Source: Perkinsela sp. CCAP 1560/9
Lineage: Eukaryota > Protista > Euglenozoa: Kinetoplastea
Direction of reading: 5' to 3'
Length of the DNA: 19,570 bases
NCBI GenBank assembly: GCA_965644495.1
Contig: CBFFSA010000084.1
Location: 1 to 19,570 of the forward strand
Shown: positions 1 to 8,315 of the stretch, piece by piece
How positions within the stretch are numbered: the first letter of the stretch is position 1
Layout: every line of letters starts with the position of its first letter
Position numbers and translations under genes: made by a program
Notes under the pieces: model-generated
What the model was told of the DNA's origin: nothing
What the model saw: the letters and a program-made list of their open reading frames with translations, nothing else
The model's database searches: none

Positions 1-2
1 AC

Positions 3-335
3 TTCTTATTTGGAGGATTTCAGTTCGTCCACTTTCCGATTTGTTGTGGATATATCACACTTTATGGAAACAGCTTCAGTGGTACGCCTGGCTTTCACTT
101 GATGCCTCCACACATGGAATACCTTGACATGAGCTATAACGAACTAGCTGGTAGTGTTGATTTTTCAAATCTCCCTTCTACTTTATCACACATGTACTTA
201 CGAGGCAATGCCGAGCTCAGTGGAAAGCTAGACGTTTCAGGACCATTGAAGAATTTGTTATATGATATTGAAGGCACAAGGATATCCGTAAAAAGCGGTG
301 AACTCTGCCGCTTGAAATCAAGTTTCGTACACTAA
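3..335 (+). CDS. Leucine-rich repeat protein (LRR paralog 1), 5' part outside the window
   Basis: The frame of ORF 99..335 is open from base 3 (FLFGGFQFVHFPICCGYITLYGNSFSGTPGFHLMPPHMEYLDMSYNELAGSVDFSNLPSTLSHMYLRGNAELSG...). It has ~24-aa LxLxxNxLxGxxxxxxLP repeats and the same C-terminal 'N..L.G...I.GT.I' ending as paralog 2. Confidence 0.85.
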   Translation, partial: FLFGGFQFVHFPICCGYITLYGNSFSGTPGFHLMPPHMEYLDMSYNELAGSVDFSNLPSTLSHMYLRGNAELSGKLDVSGPLKNLLYDIEGTRISVKSGELCRLKSSFVH

Positions 336-353
336 AAATTCTAACATTATAGT

Positions 354-524
354 TGCGGTGGTTGTATAACTACCGCTCTACCCTCGATTATTGAAAAAAA
401 AGTGAACAAAAACAGTGAAAATATAAAGAGGAACACAGTAAAAAATATAATAGAAGAAAAAAATATAAAAGGGGGCTCCGGTGGTCCAAAATTGAAAAAA
501 AAATTGAAAAAAATGACGGGTCCA
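354..524 (+). repeat. Left arm (high-identity part) of long inverted repeat
   Basis: TGCGGTGGTTGTATAACTACCGCTCTACCCTCGATTATTGAAAAAAAAGTGAACAAAAACAGTGAAAATATAAAGAG...GGCTCCGGTGGTCCAAAA matches the reverse complement of 5853-6018. Confidence 0.92.
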
Positions 525-659
525 TGGGGGGGTCTATGGGGCGCATACCGCACGAATTTTTGTAAAAAAACTATTTTTCGAAAAAAACCCTCAGAAGGGG
601 TAGCCGGGGTGTTGGCGCGCATTTTCTACCCCCCTACCCGGGGGTGACCCCCCCGCGTA

Positions 660-2724
660 CCGTCACCCCCCCCTCACTTGTCCCGACGAAAAGGCCAAAA
701 AAGCGGAAAAGGCGGATAAGTCGCGTGGTAGGACAAGTCACGTAGCATCAAGAGGAATTGTATGACACATTTTTGTATACATCCGTATAAATGAAAAAAC
801 CCTTTTTCGAACTTATTAGGTCGGCTTCAGTGCCATCAGCGAGATGGCAGTGCCAGGGAAGACCACGAGGAGGTCCCGACCTTACTTCCCCATTTCGGTT
901 TTGTGCCCAACTTTCAGAGGAAGTTGGGTTTTTTACAGAAACGGTAACTATCGTTTGAGCAGCTTTCCGAATATACCGTGAACGATAGAGATAAGATGAG
1001 CCCACGTACCAATAGATTAAATACATTGTATATGAATACAAATGTTGTTTACAAGGGAAAAACAATATAAACAGAAAATACACTTTAGATTTATTCTGCT
1101 TTATTATAATACAGCTATCATTTTTAATAAAACAGTTTCTGATCTTTAATGAAGCATACAACGTAGTAATTAGCATGCGTTCCGGTCCCTTAAAGCTGCG
1201 TGCTGCACGCCATATAGTTTTTGTGCTGCACTTGCGTGCTGCACTTGTCCATATAGTTTTTCTTAAAAGTTTTGTTAACGCTTGTGTCCATAAGTTGTAC
1301 TAATGGGGTACATCCGCCAGGAATAAACAAAATATCGATATGCATTTCCTTCAAGTATAGAAGAAGTTCCTTAGTGCGATGTGCCGCGTAAAGATCTAGG
1401 ACAAACAAAGTCTTGTAAGGTGGGTACTTTGATCGGTCGCAAAACTCAAATTTGGCCCACTGTAAAAATGTTACGCCAGTCGTCCAACCAGATTTCGACG
1501 TAGTGCTGGTACATTTATATTTCACGCTGGCTCGCTTGGTTTCTTGTGCAATGGGTCCAACTTCTGATTGCGTGCTCCAAATCAGGTGAGGTGGGTTCAT
1601 CAGGTGCGACCAGGTGTCATCACAATTTTTCGAAGAACGACACCACATCCAACAAGTTGTGATGTTACGCTCTTTTCCAGTTGTACATATCTTGACGCGC
1701 TTGGTTCCACGAAATTCATATGTTAGGCTCCCAGGCAACAGGTGTTTCGTCTCCATGAACAATTACTTTGTAACCGCTGCAGTCTGTATTCATGAGAGAA
1801 AGCATATCTTTCCATTTTCGCACTTTTTCTTCTGCATCCACAGGAAGTAACTGGGTGCAACCGTTCACCCGGCGAACAGAAATGTTTGCCCACTTACAAA
1901 AGCGCAACCAGAATGCCTGTTGGCCTCGGTCAGTAAGGTTCCGGAAGTGATCAGAAACTTCGTTGAACTATTTGACCATCATGCTCTTGGTCACTGAAAC
2001 TAACGACTCCCTCAACACCTGCACAGTTTCCAATCCACCCTGATACACCTCACGATTTCGGAGTGGAGGGTGATATTGGAATTTGTTTCCATACCCGAGA
2101 TGCACAAGTTGCTGCCATTCTTTTTTCTTTGAATAAATTTTGCTTACAGTGCTACCGTCGACCTTGTATTTTTGTGCCACTTTCGCTTGACTTTTTCCGT
2201 TGTCAAGCGCAGCACAAATATTGCGCTTTTGCTGGATGGTGATGTCAATGCGTATTTTTCGCTCAGATGCACTCTGTGATACGGAAACCTGCTGAGCATT
2301 TATGACACTTCCAGACGTGTCTCCCACATGGGGTATTACCGCTGTGTTTTCAGCTTTCGAAGTGATGGGTACTAGTACTTGACTAGCGTTGAATGGTTCA
2401 TAGTTTCGCTTCTTTCTAGACATCTTGATTCAAATAGTTTTTAAAGAGATAATATCTGTAGACTGAATGTCGTACTTTGTAGAGATAGTCGTAACTGCTT
2501 TCTATTAAATACAACTGTAATAGTATGATATACTATTACTGTAATAGTATGTAATAGTAATAAAATTTAATATGTTAGATACAACTGTATCTGCAACTAA
2601 AAAATACGAAAAATATAATTTTCAAAAATGACCAAGGGCAGGGGACTACCACGTGACATATCCGCCCTCAAATTCTCAAAAGCGGATATGTCACGTGGTA
2701 GGACAAGTGAGGGGGGGGTGACGG
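660..2724 (-). mobile_element. pogo-superfamily (Tc2/Passer-like, DD35D) DNA transposon, full termini, 2065 bp
   Basis: Perfect 24-bp TIRs CCGTCACCCCCCCCTCACTTGTCC (660-683, 2701-2724), flanked by TA at 658-659 and 2725-2726. Subterminal repeats GCGGATAWGTCRCGTGGTAGGACAAGT (712-738, 2682-2708; partial inverted copy 2645-2665). Internal transposase remnants. Confidence 0.93.
1190..2423 (-). pseudogene. pogo/CENP-B-type DDE_1 transposase, disrupted
   Basis: Three fragments in different frames. 1968-2423 has an N-terminal HTH (ITIQQKRNIC...SQAKVAQKYKVDGSTVSKI). 1716-~1935 has FWLRFCKWANISVRR and HGDETP (first D). 1190-~1725 has TYEFRGTKRVKICTTGKE, FVLDLYAAH (second D) and IPGGCTPLVQLMDTSVNKTFK (third D, 35 residues later). 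There is a premature TAG at 1968-1970, frameshifts near ~1935 and ~1720, and a scrambled duplicated C-terminus at 1196-1262. Confidence 0.9.
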
Positions 2725-3632
2725 TATGCGGAGGACGCGTCCTCCAAGTTCGGATTCTTTTGGAAAAAAAGAATTGAAAAGAAATTCAACTTGGCGAAAA
2801 AAATATTTTTCCAAAATCGTTCCCCCTATTGTATTTTGACAGTTTGAGACCCATAGTAGCTTTCTCCGCAGTTGTTTTCGCCAGATATCCCTTCTTCGAG
2901 CCGTGGTATGCACCTCAAAATGACCCAATTCTGACTAAAAAAGGTGAAAAAATATTTTTCGGACCCCAAGGTTCCTTTTTCTGTCGAAAGATTGGTGTGG
3001 GTTCCAACGATAGTGCGCACTGTCCGTGTTGTGAGACATTGACTATTTTTTCATCTATAGTCATGCATAGTCATACTCGGAAAGTTGAGAGGGGGAGAAG
3101 CGCTTTGAAAAGCTGGCCTCTAATGGAAGGGCCCTGCTACCACGCCGGCTGCTTTGCAGCATTAAAATAGTTGCATCTGTAGCATTTCGTTATGATGCTT
3201 CCCACTGAATGCAGACTTCTCTCCCCGTGTGTAAATCGGAGTGCCATCAACAATCGCTGTCACTCGAGAAAACTGGATGAATTTATGACTTTGATTTCGG
3301 ATAAAAATGGAATGTTGGAATAGAAATATCATTTAGGGGTAAAGTTCCCCGAAAGTTTATCATAAAATTGTGAACATGTGATAGTAATCGGCGCATATAC
3401 AGGGGGGTAAATCAGATGCTGCGGGGGGTCTAAAAATTGCAAAACGCTTCCAATTTTGGAAAATGATAGCGCATTCGAGAGCTCTCGCAGAGTTCTATGT
3501 TTTAGAAAAGGCAGTTTCCCGGGGTATAGGGGGGTGTTCAACTGACAAGAGGCCCAAAAACGTCAAAATACAAAAATTGTGAGAAAGGTTTTAGACGACT
3601 AATAATTACTCCCCCTTTCATAATTCTTTATA

Positions 3633-4119
3633 CCGTGGAAACATTAATTAAGAATTACACTAATTAAAGGAAAATGGTTTTCAAAAAAAATAATTCCCTT
3701 AATTAGTGTTCCCTTATTTTATTTTCCCTTAATTGCTTTGCGGGAATCAAGTTGAAAATAGCCCAAGATCACGAGATAAGTAGAGGGGGGACCACCCATT
3801 ATCACACTTTTTTCGGTGTGATAATAAGCGAATTGTGTGATAACAAGTGAAATTTCGAAAAAGTGTGTTAATTAGTGGATACTTCACGTATTACAACGTT
3901 TTGGTTGCACATTTCGAATTTTTGACCTAAGCTCTGAAATATTGGTATGTGGGCTCAGCGGGGGTTGGGGGCGCCTGGGCCATGGGCGGAAAGAATAATT
4001 ATTAATTATTAATTGCCTGAAAATGCCAAAAATCGATGAAAAATAATTATTCCCTTAATTAGTGTTCCCTTAATTGGCGTTCCCTTATTTAATGTGTCTC
4101 TTAATTAATGTTTCCACGG
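3633..4119. mobile_element. MITE A (487 bp), CCGT-terminated pogo/Tc2-like non-autonomous element
   Basis: Perfect 21-bp TIRs CCGTGGAAACATTAATTAAGA (3633-3653, 4099-4119). TA at 3631-3632 and 4120-4121. Repeated subterminal TTCCCTTAATTAGTGTTCCCTTA motifs. No ORF. Confidence 0.92.
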
Positions 4120-4535
4120 TAAATATAAACTATAAGTGTTTCGGCCATTTATATTTATATTATATAAAGCTTTAAAAGTGTTTGGTACCGAGATGGATTT
4201 ACTTATAAAAATATTTATATAAATTATGATCATTAGTTCTACTAGTTCTTATGCGCTTTCATGGGGTGTTTGCATGAATAGGTGACCGAATTTTATATGT
4301 AAAATCACACGCATTTGACCACATTGATGAATTTGATAAAAAAAGAGGACCGAACCATAGAACCGAAAAAGAAATTTCTTAAACTATTAGACTTCTTAAT
4401 GTCTAAAAAAAAAGTTCATATGCATTTGATACGCGAATCAGAAGTTTTTTATCCTGCTCTTTTAGCGTTTTTCAGGCGTTTCAAAGTTTTATATAAATTT
4501 ATATAAAACCATGAAACATTTCGGGCTCGAACTTA

Positions 4536-4887
4536 AACCCTGTTCCGGGTTATTGTGCCCCCCCTGCACAATAACTGGCTCTAGGCACAATAACTAAATA
4601 TTGGAAAAAAATAAAAAAAAGGGTAAAAAAATTTGGCGCCGCTTCGCGGCGCCTTTTATATGGACAAACACGTTCATGCGCAGAATGAGTTCTATTTAAC
4701 GAGTGCGCTGTTGAACAAACAACGTTAATTTCGAGAAAGTGGGAATAAAAAACCTGCAAAAAAATGCGGCGCCGCTTCGCGGCCCCATATTTTGGAGAGG
4801 GGGGGCACAATAATAGTGGTCGTTTCCACTTATTGGGCCCCCCCTGCACAATAGGTAGCTCTAGGCACAATAACCCGGAACAGGGTT
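4536..4887. mobile_element. MITE B (352 bp), TA-flanked non-autonomous element
   Basis: Perfect 24-bp TIRs AACCCTGTTCCGGGTTATTGTGCC (4536-4559, 4864-4887). TA at 4534-4535 and 4888-4889. A ~45-bp subterminal direct repeat (4550-4594, 4830-4874) is built on GCACAATAA. Two internal GC hairpins GGCGCCGCTTCGCGGC. Confidence 0.92.
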
Positions 4888-5003
4888 TATAAAGAATTAT
4901 GAAAGGGGGAGTACAACTTTCTCCTTACCCCCCTGCATAATATCACAAACAACAACAGAATAATATTTATGTATCTCGAATTATGCATAGATGACTTATT
5001 TTT

Positions 5004-5045
5004 GACTCCTGAGGACTCCTGAGGACTCCTGAGGACTCCTGAGGA
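5004..5045. repeat. Tandem repeat (GACTCCTGAG)x4
   Basis: Four exact 10-bp units plus GA, read directly. Confidence 0.95.
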
Positions 5046-5256
5046 TATAGAGCCGTCTGTATCTTACCCATTGCGGAAAAATGATTTTATTTATCTGTTT
5101 TTTCCCGTTTCCGCGACTAGGACTCATGTCCGAAGTGAAGACTAAACATTTCGAAGATAATCTGGATAAAAGCGCTGTATTAAAATACGAAAGGGCATGA
5201 CTAACCGAAATTATAAATTTCGGCGAAATAACATAGGTCATTTACCACCGCAATTA

Positions 5257-5361
5257 CTTTTTTAGGCTCTTCGTTAAACACGGTGGTTGTTTTCAAAGTC
5301 ACTCATGTTGCGCTCTTCGCGTTGAAAACTACCACCGCGTTTAACGAAGAGCCTAAAAAAG
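5257..5361. repeat. Long hairpin / mini-MITE with 40-bp arms
   Basis: CTTTTTTAGGCTCTTCGTTAAACACGGTGGTTGTTTTCAA (5257-5296) and TTGAAAACTACCACCGCGTTTAACGAAGAGCCTAAAAAAG (5322-5361) pair with two mismatches around a 25-nt loop. Confidence 0.88.
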
Positions 5362-5773
5362 AAAAATCGCGAAAAGGTCATGCATAATCTATTTTTTTGG
5401 GGGAAAAACCTCGATTTTTAGGCAAAAAATTCGAAAATTTAACCCAAATTTAGGCCGTTTTTGATGCCTTACCAGTAGGGATAGGAGGCGAATATGACGA
5501 AACAAATGTCGTAGAATGGTAGCTGGGGTTCCAAACTCCTAAAACACGTTTTAGGGTTCTTGAAAAATAATATTTTTACTTTTTTTGGGTCAATTTGTTT
5601 TTGGTCACCCCAAAAATTTCGGAATTTTTGACCTTGTCAGACCCCTCCTGCGCGTACCAGGGGGGGTACCCCCATGGGCGGGGGTCAAAAAATATCGCCG
5701 CGGCATACTCTACCACTTCCCTGCGCTCGATTTTGAAAAGCAAAAAATTCGAAAAAATATTTCGCGACGTATG

Positions 5774-5859
5774 CCCCCCCCCCTGGACCCCCCCTGGACC
5801 CCCCCCTGGACCCCCCCTGGACCCCCCCCTGGACCCCCCCTGGACCCCCCCCTGGACCC
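5774..5859. repeat. C-rich tandem repeat (C7-10 TGGA)x7
   Basis: C-run lengths 10,7,8,7,8,7,8, each followed by TGGA. Confidence 0.95.
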
Positions 5860-6018
5860 TCCATTTTTTTCATTTTTTTTTTCAGTTTTGGACCACCGGA
5901 GCCCACTCTTATATTTTTTTCTTCTATTATATTTGTGTGTTTCTCTTTATATTTTCACTGTTTTTGTTCATTTTTTTTCAATAATCGGGGGTAGAGCGGT
6001 AGTTATATAACCACCGCA
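5853..6018 (-). repeat. Right arm (high-identity part) of long inverted repeat
   Basis: Reverse complement of 354-524, ending in the hairpin GCGGTAGTTATATAACCACCGC. Confidence 0.92.
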
Positions 6019-6120
6019 CTAAAAATTAATGAGAGGGAGAGAACACCTTCGAATTTCAATGCATCAAAAGTAAAATGTCCATGAAATTTCTAGATAAAGA
6101 AATTAAACGTTTTTTCTCTG

Positions 6121-6854
6121 ATGTTGCACACGGTTTCTGTTGCGGATATTGAAGACCCACGCATGACGCGACGTGCAGCTAAAGTGAGCACAACTAATCT
6201 TCCACAAGAATATAGTCTTAAGCGACTTATACATGAAATTAAAATACGCATCCCTCGTGGAGTACATCAACCCCGGCTTGTGAGTGGGATGGCGTCTCCT
6301 GTAACAAAGATGATGAGATATTGGCCATAAATTGGATCACGAAAAAACTGACAGGTTCGTTCACGTTTGATTACCTTCCCAAAACATTATACAACTTTTA
6401 TGTCTATAATAACCAACTTTCTGGGGAAGTACCACTGGGTACTCTTCCCTCCACTTTGCGCACTTTCAGTCTTTGGAATAATAAATTTAGCGGGCCATTG
6501 GACTTGACCGCTCTCCCGCTGAATTTGAAGACTTTGATGCTTTCAGGTAACCAATTTACAGGAGAAGTTTGTTTAATTAAATTACCCTTAGGGTTAACCA
6601 GTCTCTGTCTTGACAGGAATCAATTATCAGGTGAACTTTGTTTCAGTGCACTCCCAAATCTGAATATTCTGCGTCTTCACGATAATAAATTTTCCGGAAA
6701 CGTTAATTTAAAAAGCCTTCCGGGTACGTTAGAGGACCTCGATTTGTCATCGAACGCTAAGTTGTGCGGCGAGATAGAGGAACACCATCTTCCTAAAAAC
6801 TTGCGCCTCGGATTCATGATTTTCGGCACTAATATTACACTATTAACGGTGTAG
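6121..6854 (+). pseudogene. Leucine-rich repeat protein (LRR paralog 2) with a single frameshift at ~6241-6244 (pseudogene or sequencing error)
   Basis: ORF 6121 gives the family N-terminus (TRRAAKV...LPQEYSLKRLIHEIK). The second frame continues NTHPSWSTSTPACEWDGVSCNKDDEILAINW into ~6 LRRs (e.g. LPSTLRTFSLWNNKFSGPLDLTALP). Adding one A to ATTAAAATACG joins the two frames. Confidence 0.85.
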
Positions 6855-7196
6855 TGTTGCGTGAAGTTGTACATACCTAGTTGTAATGTAGTTGTACTAA
6901 AGAAGTTGTATTCAAATGCTGAGTTATTCTTTCAAAAGAACGGGTGATAATTGCTGTCCCCACCCGTTTTTGCGCACCTCGTTTTTTGTTGTTGAAAAGT
7001 GCGCCTACATAAAAACAACTACACCTTAGCTCAGTGTGCGCTTAAAAGGGGTCTTCCCGGGTGTGCTTAAACGGGAGCCGGTAGTGTACGAACCTTATAA
7101 TTCAATGCATTGTGCATTCTCTCTGTTGAGATCCATTAGTTTGTTTTTATACGCTATGTTCGATTTTTATTACGGCTACATTCGATTTACAAAGTC

Positions 7197-7757
7197 ATGA
7201 ATATTCCTAAGAGCACAACACGTGTAGGTAAGGTCAGGGGCATGTTTCTCCCTCCGGAATACGAACTCACAAAGTTTATTAGTGATGTTCAACATCTGCA
7301 TGAGTCATGGAATACGACTACACCAGCATGTGAGTGGATTGGTGTGACGTGTAGTGAGCAGGGTGAAGTTAGCCGCATTGCTTGGAGTGGTCGAGGGCTG
7401 TCCGGTACATTGCACTGGGGTTCGATACCACGTTCTGTAACATACCTCGAACTGAGCGGCAACCAATTGAGCGGGTGCGTAAGTTTCGCGTTGCTTCCTC
7501 CTGTACTTGAAAGAATGTGGCTCCAAGGCAACAGGTTTACAGGTGAGCTTCACCTTGAGGACCTGCCGCCTACCATGCTAATTTTGAACATCTCTCGAAA
7601 TCAGTTCACTGGCTTTGTTGATCTTTCTTTTCTGAAGGATTCAAAAATTACTGGATTCGATATAACGGGGAATACAAATCTCCAAGGATCAATTCCGGAA
7701 GGCATTCAACCTAAAACTGTTTGGTGGGGCATTCCGGCTGATTGGATTCAGAAGTAA
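7197..7757 (+). CDS. Leucine-rich repeat protein (LRR paralog 3)
   Basis: Cys-capped N-terminus HESWNTTTPACEWIGVTC (LRRNT_2-like) followed by LxLxxNxL/FxG repeats (LELSGNQLSG, MWLQGNRFTG, LNISRNQFTG). Confidence 0.9.
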   Translation: MNIPKSTTRVGKVRGMFLPPEYELTKFISDVQHLHESWNTTTPACEWIGVTCSEQGEVSRIAWSGRGLSGTLHWGSIPRSVTYLELSGNQLSGCVSFALLPPVLERMWLQGNRFTGELHLEDLPPTMLILNISRNQFTGFVDLSFLKDSKITGFDITGNTNLQGSIPEGIQPKTVWWGIPADWIQK

Positions 7758-8315
7758 GATACAAAAAATATATTGCCCAAACTTTGATTGTCACAGCTTC
7801 ATAAACCTCAACAACTTTATGAGCTTGTATCAGTAATCCCCCATTCTTTACATAGGACAATTTACATAAACCCCTGAGCAAAATAAGGCACTCCCTCCAA
7901 AATCTCAATGCTTCGCTCGTTTGAGCTAATTTTTGTAGCATGTTATAGATCTCAACACAAAGAGTTTGCGCGTTAAGAAACGGAACAAGAAATCCCAAAT
8001 GCGTACATTTGAAAGTCTGATTACAGGGAAGAAATTATGTTGTGTCAAAAAAGAATCGTGTTAATTTCTGGGATTAACACGACCTTTGTTGACACAACAT
8101 ATGTTGCCATAGGGGTTGGGGGTATGCTATCGGCCCTGGGTCGATACCATACCCCCCCGGTATGGTACAGGTCACAGGTATGCTAAACCGGAACCCCGTT
8201 AATTTTGTAGGCCAAGTTTTACGAAATTTAGATTCCCCAGCATTAGCTGATCCCCCCTGCATATGAGCTGATTCCCCCTGCATAACTTTAATACCCATTA
8301 AAGCAAATTAATACC

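Larger units (their letters stand above)
3609..4911. mobile_element. Non-autonomous Tc1/mariner-type (Stowaway-like, CTC...GAG) element hosting two nested MITEs; about 460 bp once these are removed
   Basis: Perfect 22-bp inverted repeat CTCCCCCTTTCATAATTCTTTA (3609-3630, 4890-4911), which extends to 25 bp after the nested MITEs are removed. Flanked by TA at 3607-3608 and 4912-4913. The AT-rich interior includes the perfect 24-bp palindrome GTTTTATATAAATTTATATAAAAC (4486-4509). Confidence 0.88.
354..6018. mobile_element. Block bounded by long inverted repeats (foldback/MULE-like composite element, or two head-to-head copies of a Helentron/HINE-like repeat) containing nested transposons
   Basis: 354-524 is a close reverse complement of 5853-6018. 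Weaker inverted similarity continues through 525-657 and 2727-~2940 (after removing the pogo insertion) versus ~5440-5773. Each outer end carries the hairpin GCGGTRGTT-RTAT-AACYACCGC (355-376, 5996-6017). No clean target-site duplication was found. Confidence 0.6.

Noticed and set aside
748-1176. ORF 748..1176 as a second transposon gene
   Set aside because: No recognisable motif and low-complexity AT-rich composition; treated as decayed internal sequence.
5004-5859. CRISPR array or telomere
   Set aside because: The repeats are directly tandem with no unique spacers and no cas genes. The C-rich unit is internal to a repeat arm and is not a recognisable telomeric unit.
5585-6010. Proline-rich and glycine-rich ORFs (5585, 5595, 5685) and ORFs 347/402
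   Set aside because: They are translations of the C-rich minisatellite and A/T-run inverted-repeat arms, open in several frames, with no protein signal.
330-6027. 11-bp direct repeat CACTAAAAATT (330-340 and 6017-6027) as a MULE-type target-site duplication
   Set aside because: The left copy is 13 bp away from the inverted-repeat arm and the right copy overlaps the arm, so the geometry does not fit a clean TSD. It is AT-rich and may be chance.
6933-6972. Hairpin AACGGGTG/CACCCGTT after LRR paralog 2 as a bacterial terminator or viral hairpin polyadenylation signal
   Set aside because: The context is eukaryote-like and comparable hairpins are not consistently placed after every LRR gene, so support is insufficient.
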